A stretch of 32,000 nucleotides of DNA from Raphidiopsis brookii D9 (GCA_000175855.1 ACYB01000004.1:90001-122000), one strand, 5' to 3'. Shown: positions 18,038-27,199, numbered from the stretch's first letter. A program made the numbers and translations. The notes: generated from the sequence alone by a model not told the origin.

Positions 18038-18973
18038 CTAAGGTAAGTCTTTCACTAACAATGATTTACAGCTGTCTACAACCATACCCAAAAATTTCCG
18101 ACAGAAAAGCAACAAGAAAATACGCGGGAACTTCAGGAATGAAGCCAGCAAAATAATCAAGCCTTCAATAATCCTCTTCCCTTGAAACATTAAATTTACC
18201 TGGCCCCTTAAAATGGAAAATGAGACGCGCGAATGCATACTAATAGGCACAATATCTGATTTATCAAGTGCCTCTTTCAACCAAAGTTGCATCTCACTAA
18301 TATTTAAATCTGTCTTTGTAACAGAAAGATTAGTCCCGGTTTTTCTATAGTGGGCTACTGGCTCTTGAACACAATCAATCTTGCACTTGGATGCAAGACG
18401 AATAACTAGGTCATAGTCACCAATATAATTGAATCTCTTATCAAAAATGTATGGCAGAGTGTCCAATGTCTGTTTACGAATTACAATTGTTAAAATACCA
18501 ACCGTATAACTCTCCAGTAGGTCGTTTTGTATATTTCCTCTTGGAAGTGGCATTTTGAATGCGATCTTTTTGCGACCTTTTTTTTGATTTTCAATCCAAA
18601 AATTTCCGTACACTAAACCAACTTCAGGATCGTTGAATAAAGGAATCTGTTTTTCTAATTTATCCTGTTCCCACCAATCATCCACATCCAAAAATGCAAT
18701 GAACTCCCCCATGGCATTCTCAAGAGCAAAATTTCGAGCCTCGTAAAGAGGTGTATGTTTTGAAGAATAGAAATACTTCAATTTGTTCGAATTGTAACTC
18801 TTGAGTATCCTTTCACTTCCATCCGTAGACTGATTATCCCAGAAGATAAGCTCCCAGTTTTTATAGGTTTGATTCAAAACACTCTCAATAGCTTCTTTTA
18901 GATATTCCTCTCCATTAAAGCAATTCATTATAACACTTACTAATGGACATGAGTTTGTACTAGGATTAGTCAT
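18038..18973 (-). CDS. glycosyltransferase family 2
   Basis: PLVSVIMNCFNGEEYLKEAIESVLNQTY..WELIFWDNQSTDGS and the DxD motif FLDVDD. Confidence 0.85.
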   Translation of the reverse strand: MTNPSTNSCPLVSVIMNCFNGEEYLKEAIESVLNQTYKNWELIFWDNQSTDGSERILKSYNSNKLKYFYSSKHTPLYEARNFALENAMGEFIAFLDVDDWWEQDKLEKQIPLFNDPEVGLVYGNFWIENQKKGRKKIAFKMPLPRGNIQNDLLESYTVGILTIVIRKQTLDTLPYIFDKRFNYIGDYDLVIRLASKCKIDCVQEPVAHYRKTGTNLSVTKTDLNISEMQLWLKEALDKSDIVPISMHSRVSFSILRGQVNLMFQGKRIIEGLIILLASFLKFPRIFLLLFCRKFLGMVVDSCKSLLVKDLP

Positions 18974-19026
18974 TTGTATATAGTACCTCAGTTTGAAGTT
19001 ACATTATCCATGCTAAAAAACTACCC

Positions 19027-19840
19027 TCTGTTTATAACAGCAGGATAATGTGTCGGTTGAAAACACCCATTACCATCCCTATCATTAGGCAAAATCATTT
19101 TTAATGTCTGGCGATCGCACTTGGTGAAGGATTAAGGTTATGCTTTATGGTTTTGCGTAGAGGTAGATTAAAGGCGATCGCCTTTATTAAAAAACGTGAC
19201 GCCTAGTTTCAAAACACTGATTTCCATACCTGTGGTTAGATAAAAGCGTTTTAATGTCTGGCGATCACACTTGGTGAAGGATTAAGGTTATGCTTTATGG
19301 TTTTGCGTAGAGGTAGATTAAAGGCGATCGCCTGTTTACATAGGAAACGACTCTATTTCTTAACCAACGTAATGCCTAGTTTTAAAACACTCATTGCCAT
19401 TCCTATCATTAGGCAAGAGGATTTTAGTGTCTGGCGATCGCACTTGGTGAAGAATTAAGGTTGTGCTTTATAGTTTTGGGTTGAGGTAGATTAAAGGCGA
19501 TCGCCTGTTTACAAAGGTAGGAAACCACACTATTTCTTAACCAACGTAATGGCCAGTTTCAAAACACCTATTTTCATTCCTATGATTAGGTAAAAGCTTT
19601 TTAGTGGCGGGCGATCGCACCTTGTGAAAGATAAAGGTTAGGCTTTATGGTCTTGAGTAGAGATAGGTTAAAGGCGATCGCCTGTTTACAAAGGTAAAAA
19701 ACCACACTATTTTTTAACCAGCGTAATGTCTAGTTTAAAAACACTCCTTTTTATCCCTATCATTAGGCAAAAGCATTTTAATGTCTAGCGATCACGCCTG
19801 GTGAAAGACTAAAAGTTGGGCCTTATTATTTAGGTTATAG
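19027..19840. repeat. tandem array of ~4.5 units of a 150-179 bp non-coding repeat with paired HIP1 sites
   Basis: Unit starts (motif AGTTTNAAAACAC) are at 19054, 19203, 19376, 19553 and 19730. The core GTCTGGCGATCGCACTTGGTGAAGGATTAAGGTTATGCTTTATGGTTTTGCGTAGAGGTAGATTAAAGGCGATCGCC differs at one base between units 1 and 2 and diverges progressively in units 3-5. The supplied track shows no ORF of 60 aa or more on either strand. Confidence 0.85.
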
Positions 19841-19903
19841 AAAACAAGGCAGATTTTTGCAGAGCGTTCCCTGTGTTCTGAAATATCTCTATTTGTTATT
19901 TAC

Positions 19904-20866
19904 CTACCAAGTTTTACGAAAAATTTTTCCAACGGCAGTGTAAAAACGAAGACCATTACCTTTGAATAAAATTAAGAATAATTGAACAATTTGTTTGATA
20001 ATAACTTTAAAAGTCTGAGGTTTTATTTTGAATAAAATCCTATAAGAATTTGCAACATCGCCCTGGTGCCAATAGAATCGCAAAACTGAACTATAACTCA
20101 TGTTTAACCACTTCCTTTTAAGAAATCCATATCTTCTTTGAAAATCTGTAACTGTGTTTTCTAGTTTTAAGAATATATAATCTATCTCATTAGGGAAACT
20201 TTTAACCTCTGCGGAACGATGCGTGTTATTTTCATGGAGACGATAGTAACACAATACTCTATGGACTCGACCTATCGCCCAATGGAGACTTAGTCGGAGA
20301 AACAAATCTGCTTCTTCAGCTATATTTAAACTACAATCAAACCATTCATCTAAAATGTCTAGAGCAGTTCTGCGAATTACAGAAGAACTCATAATAATGA
20401 AATAGTTGGAGACAAGATCGTGGAAATTGTACTCTGACTTTTTTTCTAAAAAATCCCCAGTCGGAACCTTACTGTTTAAATTTAATGTACCGGATTGACA
20501 AGTAACTATCCCAATATTCTTATTTTCTATAAATAATGGAATTTGCAGTTCCAATTTATTTGGTTCCCAAACATCATCACAATCTAGAAATGCTATAAAA
20601 TCCCCCTCAGCATACTTAAGTGCGAGATTCCTTGACTCTCCTAAGCTTATAGTTGAAGAGTTACGAAAGTACTTAATCCTATCGTCGTAACTATGGGCAA
20701 TGACCGCAGTCTTGTCAGTTGAAGCATTGTCAACGAATACAACTTCCCAGTTTGGATAAGTTTGGGCATACACAGAATCTATAGCTTCTTTTAGATACTC
20801 CTCTCCATTAAAGCAATTCATTATAATACTTACTAATGGATATGAGTTTGTATTACAATCAGTCAT
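19904..20866 (-). CDS. glycosyltransferase family 2 (paralogue of 18038-18973)
   Basis: PLVSIIMNCFNGEEYLKEAIDSVYAQTYPNWEVVFVDNASTD and DxD motif FLDCDD. The N-terminal ~110 aa are closely similar to the other GT2; the C-terminal halves diverge. Confidence 0.85.
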   Translation of the reverse strand: MTDCNTNSYPLVSIIMNCFNGEEYLKEAIDSVYAQTYPNWEVVFVDNASTDKTAVIAHSYDDRIKYFRNSSTISLGESRNLALKYAEGDFIAFLDCDDVWEPNKLELQIPLFIENKNIGIVTCQSGTLNLNSKVPTGDFLEKKSEYNFHDLVSNYFIIMSSSVIRRTALDILDEWFDCSLNIAEEADLFLRLSLHWAIGRVHRVLCYYRLHENNTHRSAEVKSFPNEIDYIFLKLENTVTDFQRRYGFLKRKWLNMSYSSVLRFYWHQGDVANSYRILFKIKPQTFKVIIKQIVQLFLILFKGNGLRFYTAVGKIFRKTW

Positions 20867-20876
20867 TTATAACACC

Positions 20877-22034
20877 TCAGTTTAAAGTTGCATTATCTAT
20901 GTTGTTGATCACCTGAATTAATATACTGCAAATAAAGTCTATTTGCTCTTCTGATAGATCAGGGTGCAATGGCAATGTTATTAGACCAGAGTATGTTCTA
21001 TCTGTTATTGGCAATTCATTATCTAATCCGTGGGAGAAAAACGATAAGTGGTGATTTGGTTGATAGTGCAATCCAGTCTGAATACCATGCTCTAATAATC
21101 TTTGACGAACATAATCCCTCGATACCCCTTCAGTCAGGTAAATCGGATATATATGGGGAACAACCTCCTCATAATTATGTTTTAACAAGGTAATAAAAGA
21201 AATTCCACTCAGTCTTTTGTCATAGCAGTGAGCCAGCTGTTGGCGCCTAAAAGATAATTCCGGAAATCGCCGCAATTGTACCCGACCAATGGCTGCCATA
21301 ATGTTACTCATGTGGTAGCGCCAACCCTGGCTTCTAACGTCAAAGTCCCAACTACGTTGCCCCTGAAAACGTTTTTCTGTATCTTTTTCCACTCCGAGCA
21401 ATCTTGCATCGCGAACTCTACTCATTATATCTGGACTATTAGACACTATACAGCCGCCCTCTCCAGAAGTAATATTTTTAATACCGTCAAAACTAAAGCA
21501 AGCAATATCGCCAAAACTACCGACTAACTGGTTTTGGTATTTGGTTCCAAAGGCGTGGGCAGCATCTTCTATCACTCTGATTTCATGAGATTGGGCAAAA
21601 GCGTAAATTTGATCTAATTCCCCTACCCCACCACTGTAATGAACTGGCATGATGGCCCTGGTTCTGGGGGTAATACGTTTTTCCGCATCTTTCCAATCTA
21701 TGGTCAGGGTTTTTGGGTCAATATCACAAGGTATGGGAGTTGCTCCCACTGCTGAAATTGCTTGAAAGGAAGCAACATAAGTTAAAGATTGTACTAACAC
21801 TTCATCGCCTTGTCCAATACCACAGGCTTGTAGTCCTAAATGAAGTGCAGCAGTTCCGTTAACCACACAGGCAACTTGTCTTCCTAAAAAAGCAGTTAAT
21901 TCTTCTTCAAAGAGCTTAACTTCTTCCCCCATGCCCAAGAATTCACGGTCTAGAACTGACATAACTGCCTGCTTTTCAGCGTCACTCAGGCAAGACTTCG
22001 AAAGTCTAATTAATGATGGCTTGGTTGATATCAT
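20877..22034 (-). CDS. DegT/DnrJ/EryC1/StrS-family PLP-dependent sugar aminotransferase
   Basis: 385 aa. The Schiff-base lysine context FSFDGIKNITSGEGG is present, together with the typical N-terminal region (SVLDREFLGMGEEVKLFEEEL). Confidence 0.88.
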   Translation of the reverse strand: MISTKPSLIRLSKSCLSDAEKQAVMSVLDREFLGMGEEVKLFEEELTAFLGRQVACVVNGTAALHLGLQACGIGQGDEVLVQSLTYVASFQAISAVGATPIPCDIDPKTLTIDWKDAEKRITPRTRAIMPVHYSGGVGELDQIYAFAQSHEIRVIEDAAHAFGTKYQNQLVGSFGDIACFSFDGIKNITSGEGGCIVSNSPDIMSRVRDARLLGVEKDTEKRFQGQRSWDFDVRSQGWRYHMSNIMAAIGRVQLRRFPELSFRRQQLAHCYDKRLSGISFITLLKHNYEEVVPHIYPIYLTEGVSRDYVRQRLLEHGIQTGLHYQPNHHLSFFSHGLDNELPITDRTYSGLITLPLHPDLSEEQIDFICSILIQVINNIDNATLN

Positions 22035-22036
22035 CT

Positions 22037-22819
22037 CTATTCTTTTATCCAGGGAGGCTTACCACTTTTCCAAAGACTTTCCAGTAGATCCAAATCGCGT
22101 TTTGTGTCCATACACTGCCAAAAACCGTCATGTTGATAGGCCATTAGTTCGCCCAAAGCGGTTGCTTTTTCTAAGGGTTCAGCTTCTAGCACTGTGTCAT
22201 CACCAGCTATTAAATCAAAAAAACTAGGTTCGATTACAAAAAACCCCCCGTTGATCCACCCCTGGCGAAGTTGGGGTTTTTCCTCAAAAGAAATCACTTG
22301 ACCGTCACAAATTTCCAGTTCCCCAAATCTGGCGGAGGGTCTCACCGCCGTAATTGTGACCATGCGACCATGATTATAATGGTAGGATAGGAGGTCATCT
22401 AGGTTGATGTTTGCTAAACCATCACCATAAGTTAGAAAACAGGTTTCATTACCAATCAGGGATTGTAATCTTTTAACTCTCCCCCCTGTCATGCTTTTAA
22501 GTCCAGTTTGTATTAACGTAACCTGCCAATCAATTTCTTTCTTCTTGACAGTTTGTACCTGTCCTGTGGCGAGGTCAATCGTAAAATCGGCATTGAGGGT
22601 AGGGTAGTTGAGAAAATACTGTTTAATGACTTCTGCTTTGTAGCCACAAGCAATGTAAAAGTTTTTATGCCCGTAGTTATCAAATAGTTGCATGATATGT
22701 AATAGAACAGGCAAACCGCCGACGGAAACCATGGGTTTAGGTATAATATCAGTATATTCAGCTAATCTAGTGCCAAAACCCCCGGCTAAAATAATAACTT
22801 TCAAGGTTTTAGACTCCAA
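22037..22819 (-). CDS. rfbF: glucose-1-phosphate cytidylyltransferase
   Basis: KVIILAGGFGTRLAEYTDIIPKPMVSVGGLPVLLHIM...NFYIACGYK is the classical RfbF/DdhA N-terminus. There is no ATG start. Candidate TTG starts are at 22819 and 22804; the latter forms a TTGA overlap with the upstream stop. Confidence 0.9.
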   Translation of the reverse strand: MESKTLKVIILAGGFGTRLAEYTDIIPKPMVSVGGLPVLLHIMQLFDNYGHKNFYIACGYKAEVIKQYFLNYPTLNADFTIDLATGQVQTVKKKEIDWQVTLIQTGLKSMTGGRVKRLQSLIGNETCFLTYGDGLANINLDDLLSYHYNHGRMVTITAVRPSARFGELEICDGQVISFEEKPQLRQGWINGGFFVIEPSFFDLIAGDDTVLEAEPLEKATALGELMAYQHDGFWQCMDTKRDLDLLESLWKSGKPPWIKE

Positions 22820-23247
22820 TCAAATGTGATAAAGTCGATATCAGCTCGGTCAGATTCCTTGGGGTCATGCTCTATGTCAGCAATATTGAGGACAAGATTG
22901 AGATTTTGACTCACCCCCTGAAAAGCCATCCAAATACCCGGGGGAATCGTCAGGCGACGATAATCTTGATCTTCGGGAGAAAGAATGAAAGATTCAACCC
23001 TTCCATAACTTGTTGATTCTGGACGATCATCATACAAAACAAACCGAATACACCCACAGGGAACAACCAGATTAAGGGTCATTTGGTTATGGCGTTTCCA
23101 AGGTTTAATTGTTCCATAGTGAATGGTTGAAAAATAAGCCTCACCAAATTTTACGTAACCTGGATCAGATGCTTTGATTCCATGCAAGACATCACCTGCA
23201 TCCGAAGGAATACGTCGAATAGGGGTTAGAATTACACCGTCTAACAT
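22801..23247 (-). CDS. RmlC-like cupin sugar-nucleotide epimerase/isomerase (dTDP-4-dehydrorhamnose 3,5-epimerase-related)
   Basis: From MLDGVILTPIRRIPSDAGDVLHGIK...GEAYFSTIHYGTIKPWKRHNQMTLNLVVPCGCIRFVLYDDR the sequence resembles the small RmlC-related proteins found next to rfbF/rfbG. The likely start is ATG 23247 (7-nt overlap with rfbG), not the ORF-track start at 23340. Confidence 0.6.
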   Translation of the reverse strand: MLDGVILTPIRRIPSDAGDVLHGIKASDPGYVKFGEAYFSTIHYGTIKPWKRHNQMTLNLVVPCGCIRFVLYDDRPESTSYGRVESFILSPEDQDYRRLTIPPGIWMAFQGVSQNLNLVLNIADIEHDPKESDRADIDFITFDWSLKP

Positions 23248-24317
23248 ACTAAACTTCCTTTGATCCGTTCCTCGTAGTGGGCGATTTGTTCCTGGGTAAC
23301 TTGCCACGTGTTGTGGCCTGAATAGTGTTTCTGGTACCATTCCGTGGTTAAGGCAACCGTTTCATCAAAGTTGAGCGTCGGTTTCCAACCAAGACAATGC
23401 ATGGCTTTATCACAACAAAGTTTGAGTAGTCCAGCTTCATACGGAGAAGGTGAGTTAGAACAATCTATCCAGTCCCTGTTTTTCCAGTGCTGTCTCATTG
23501 CGTCTAGCAAATTCCCAACAGTATAGTTTTGGTCAGCAGCAGGTCCAAAGTTAAAGCTTTCACCGTTGAGAAGTGGATTATTTGGTAATTTTACGGCCAG
23601 AGTTAAATAACCGGATAGAGGCTCTAGAACGTGCTGCCAAGGACGGGTAGCATGGGGATTACGGATCAAGACAGGTTGATCAGATGACCAAGCTCTTATG
23701 GTATCTGGGATAATCCGATCGCCTGCCCAATCTCCACCCCCAATGACGTTTCCAGCTCTCCCTACTGCCACTTTTACGAGTGAGTCGTTAGAGCTAAAGT
23801 AAGATTCGGCATAGCTACGAATGACCAATTCAGCCGCTCCTTTAGAACCACTGTAGGGATCTTTACCTCCTAAACGATCGGTTTCTCGATAGCCCCACAC
23901 CTGTTCAACGTTGTCGTAACATTTATCACTGGTAACCAGAATAGCAGTACAGGCATGGGTGGAAAGTCTCAGGGACTCAAGAATATTGAGCGTCCCCACA
24001 ACATTAGTGGTAAATGTGGCGTGGGGTTCTCTATAAGAGAGCCTAACAAGGGGTTGAGCCGCAAGGTGAAAGATAAAATCTGGTTGATATTGTTGAATTA
24101 GTTGTTGGCAGGTTTCTAAGTCTTCAATATTTCCCCAGATGTGGGTAATGCGAGACTCAAGATTGGCAGATTCAAAGTGACTAGGCTGTGATGGAACGTC
24201 TTTAGATACTCCGATTACCTTAGCTCCATGACGGAGCAGCCAAGCAGTAAGCCAAGATCCTTTAAAGCCAGTGTTTCCCGTAATTAGGACAGACTTGTTG
24301 GTGAAAGCTTGTAACAT
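23241..24317 (-). CDS. rfbG: CDP-glucose 4,6-dehydratase
   Basis: KSVLITGNTGFKGSWLTAWLLRHGAKVIGVS, catalytic YSGSKGAAE, 358 aa; the RfbG/DdhB pattern. Confidence 0.9.
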   Translation of the reverse strand: MLQAFTNKSVLITGNTGFKGSWLTAWLLRHGAKVIGVSKDVPSQPSHFESANLESRITHIWGNIEDLETCQQLIQQYQPDFIFHLAAQPLVRLSYREPHATFTTNVVGTLNILESLRLSTHACTAILVTSDKCYDNVEQVWGYRETDRLGGKDPYSGSKGAAELVIRSYAESYFSSNDSLVKVAVGRAGNVIGGGDWAGDRIIPDTIRAWSSDQPVLIRNPHATRPWQHVLEPLSGYLTLAVKLPNNPLLNGESFNFGPAADQNYTVGNLLDAMRQHWKNRDWIDCSNSPSPYEAGLLKLCCDKAMHCLGWKPTLNFDETVALTTEWYQKHYSGHNTWQVTQEQIAHYEERIKGSLVC

Positions 24318-24340
24318 ACAGGTTTAAAAGTAAATGGCAT

Positions 24341-25225
24341 TTATGTTTTACGAGCTACTGCTAAAATATACCTTCCACCATCAGGAACCTCAGAAGCTAA
24401 GTTTAGTTCCAACTTCATCAGAGCTTCTCTTTCTGAATCGTCCAACAAAGAAGGTTGAACAATGCCATCATGGGGGTCATGCCCCTTCATGCCTGATAAA
24501 ACCCCAATTCCTACAAGATCAAGTAAAACCAGGCCGAACTTCGATAAAATCTCACGAATTTCTGTTGAAGTTTGCCAAGTAAACTCTACTGGAGACCCTA
24601 CACCAATCCTACCTTGGGTCTGAGTTATTAGCATGTCAACATTATCCCAGAATCGGTGGCGGGCAATTGTTAAAGCATAGAAATACTTCGTCTTAAAAGA
24701 CATTACTACGACTCCTCCAGGCTTGAGCACTTCCACAATTTTAGGTAAATCAAGCTTCCATTTTGGATAAAAAAAGGTAACCTCAGTCATGAAAACTATG
24801 TCACAAGTACCAGCCTTAAGTGATTTTAAACATTCTGAAATGCTTTGGACTCTATAATCAATGTTGGTAACTAATGCCTCACTGGCATACTTTTTTGCAG
24901 TAGAAATTGCGGTAGCTGAAAAATCGCAGGCAATTACTTGAGTATTAGGAAAAAGACGCGCCAATGGCAGGGTAAAACGACCTTGAGAACAGCCCAACTC
25001 CAGGACCTGATTAGGTTCTAACAGTTTCTCTATGTGTGGGAGTATAAATTTCCAATACTGCTGGAAATAATATGGTTCGTCCGGTGCAGTAACCATATCA
25101 TATTGTGTTGATTTTTGGACTAATTTAGATTGAATGTCTTCAGGTTCAAAATCCTTAGCTAGGTTAAATACGATTCTCGATAGTTTGCCGAAAATCCGAC
25201 CTATCAGTAGAAGAACGTAGTACAT
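24341..25225 (-). CDS. class I SAM-dependent methyltransferase
   Basis: Motif I VLELGCSQGRFTLPLA, acidic post-I VIACDFS, and later LKPGGVVVMSF. Confidence 0.75.
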   Translation of the reverse strand: MYYVLLLIGRIFGKLSRIVFNLAKDFEPEDIQSKLVQKSTQYDMVTAPDEPYYFQQYWKFILPHIEKLLEPNQVLELGCSQGRFTLPLARLFPNTQVIACDFSATAISTAKKYASEALVTNIDYRVQSISECLKSLKAGTCDIVFMTEVTFFYPKWKLDLPKIVEVLKPGGVVVMSFKTKYFYALTIARHRFWDNVDMLITQTQGRIGVGSPVEFTWQTSTEIREILSKFGLVLLDLVGIGVLSGMKGHDPHDGIVQPSLLDDSEREALMKLELNLASEVPDGGRYILAVARKT

Positions 25226-25259
25226 AAATTATTTAGTAATTTGGCTATACTAGGCTATT

Positions 25260-27080
25260 CTATAAGAAAACCGACAGGGTTTGATCGGATGTTTGATTTA
25301 ATCCTGCCAGGAATTTCTGGCGAATTTTTCGAAATTCATCGTCATACCACTGGGTATCAGTCAGAAAAACCTCTTCTAAACGCTGACAGAGGTTTTTAGG
25401 GGAGACCGACCTTAGTATAGGAAATTCATTTTCTAGGAAATCTCCATAATTCCAGGACGAGGTTAGTTCGCGTCCCAAAGATATGGCTACGCGGCCTGAC
25501 AGTAAGACATCAATAATAGATGCAGTGGACATTACTAAACAGCAGCGGGAAATTTTTAATAAATCTGTCATTTCACCTTCACACCATTGCCAGTCCTGGG
25601 GTAAATCAGTCCATCCCATGTGAGACAGAAGGATGTTGATTTCTCTGCGGGACATCATGGGATGAGGCTTGAGAATCACAGAAGATTTAAGATAATTACG
25701 AACCCAATCGAAATGAGCATATATTCCATCTAGCATCTCCACTGCGCCCTGCAGATCTAAGGGTAAGGGAATACCCAGACAGTTACCACTGTTTTCAGTT
25801 GCAGTTTGGACAAAGTTCTGTCTTAAACCTGGTCCTGACAAAAGTTTTTTTTCATCAAGTCCCCGGGAAATCAAGACTGAATGACCCAAACCACCATTTG
25901 TAACAATTATATCGGGGAAAAACTTCGACTCTGACTCGCCCAAAGGAATGTGATATCCCAAAAAATCTGAAGCTACCAGACTATGATAATAACCTATGGA
26001 CTTGCTTTTGTTTCCGAGTACAAATCTACAAAAATAGGGTTGAACCCGCTCTGGTTGCATTGATTCAAAATGGGTAATTGAAACCAGTTTTGTCAGATTA
26101 TTTCCCCATCGCCGTAAAGCCGGAAGATACAAAAGAAAACGGGAAACAGAAATCCCGGTGGTTAACTGTCGAAAACGTTCCCTGATGAGTAAGAACTCCA
26201 GATGAAAATTATCTTTATATGGAATAGATTTGCGGATAGTTGAAACTGTTTTAATTCCATCGTAGAAAGCCCTCACGTAATCACGCCATGTTAGCCAATC
26301 TTCTGGAAGAAAACAGGAAGAATCACGGAGTTTTTGATACACCTCTTCTAGTGGTAGGGAAACATTGTAAAGCCAAGGTAGACGATAAACTTGCTTACCC
26401 TGCTTTTCTAGCCATTCTGGTAAAACAGTAAAGTATCTACAGGCAAGCGGCCCATCTTTGTTGAAAGCTTTATCATCCAGACATTGGTTGATTAGATATA
26501 CTTCGCCTTGGGGAGGTTGTAAATTAAAAGGGCGAGAAATTTGAGCAGCCCTATGGTGTTTCCAGAACTGAAGAATTTGCCGGGCAAAATTCACACAGGC
26601 CCTGAGGATGAGATAACTAGTCTCGAATGCCATAGTGATCTGCCATCCAATCTGGCAGCGAAGTTGAACAGTCGATTCTAGATTTGTCTTAGCTGCTGCG
26701 AGGACATAGCTATTTTCACAAACAACTAAAATCTCGTCTGGATAGGAGGCGTTTGTGGTAATCCATGACTTAAGAGCTGAAATGTGGATAACATCATCAA
26801 AAAACCGACAGGACACGTTGTTACGCCCCGCTAAGTCGGTCATCCACCAGTGTATAGAGTCGTTATTAGCCTCCCGTTGACGACGAATCCAGTCAAGAAT
26901 TAATGGACGTTGCCTGATAGACTCGATTTGAATAAATTCCTTCAGGGAAATGCGATTGCCAACCAATTGCTTTTCCCAAGTTTTCATCCTAAGGTAATCT
27001 CGTCCGATGTAAATCCAAGGTCCCTTCCAAGATTTGGAATTAAGGTTTAGAAAATGAGTATGAGTTAGAAAAATACACAT
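25260..27080 (-). CDS. uncharacterised 606-aa protein; C-terminal part GT-B/TagF-like (putative glycosyl- or glycerophospho-transferase)
   Basis: Long intact ORF in operon register. I recognise only weak features: VILKPHPMMSRREI (K-x-HP as in TagF/capsule polymerase-type enzymes) and CLVMSTASIIDVLLSGRVAISLG (GT-B C-terminal helix-like). A more plausible start is MKTWEKQ at 26987. Confidence 0.6.
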   Translation of the reverse strand: MCIFLTHTHFLNLNSKSWKGPWIYIGRDYLRMKTWEKQLVGNRISLKEFIQIESIRQRPLILDWIRRQREANNDSIHWWMTDLAGRNNVSCRFFDDVIHISALKSWITTNASYPDEILVVCENSYVLAAAKTNLESTVQLRCQIGWQITMAFETSYLILRACVNFARQILQFWKHHRAAQISRPFNLQPPQGEVYLINQCLDDKAFNKDGPLACRYFTVLPEWLEKQGKQVYRLPWLYNVSLPLEEVYQKLRDSSCFLPEDWLTWRDYVRAFYDGIKTVSTIRKSIPYKDNFHLEFLLIRERFRQLTTGISVSRFLLYLPALRRWGNNLTKLVSITHFESMQPERVQPYFCRFVLGNKSKSIGYYHSLVASDFLGYHIPLGESESKFFPDIIVTNGGLGHSVLISRGLDEKKLLSGPGLRQNFVQTATENSGNCLGIPLPLDLQGAVEMLDGIYAHFDWVRNYLKSSVILKPHPMMSRREINILLSHMGWTDLPQDWQWCEGEMTDLLKISRCCLVMSTASIIDVLLSGRVAISLGRELTSSWNYGDFLENEFPILRSVSPKNLCQRLEEVFLTDTQWYDDEFRKIRQKFLAGLNQTSDQTLSVFL

Positions 27081-27199
27081 ATTTCCATAAAGATATGGTA
27101 GCTACTTAGGCTTTAGGCGAGATTGGCCATTCCAAGAAACGAGATGAATGAGGGCATCGAAGATATTGATCTCCCGCTTACTAAAGACCAACACCGACC

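Noticed and set aside
19027-19840. Could the repeat array be a CRISPR locus?
   Set aside because: Units are 150-179 bp and contiguous, with no unique spacers. Similarity decays along the whole unit. No cas genes or leader are present. It was classed as a tandem repeat instead.
23248-23340. N-terminal extension of the cupin ORF (179-aa version) overlapping rfbG by 100 nt
   Set aside because: The extension (MVPETLFRPQHVASYPGTNRPLRGTDQRKFS) has no similarity to cupin epimerases. An internal ATG at 23247 gives a typical ~148-aa protein with a short coupling overlap.
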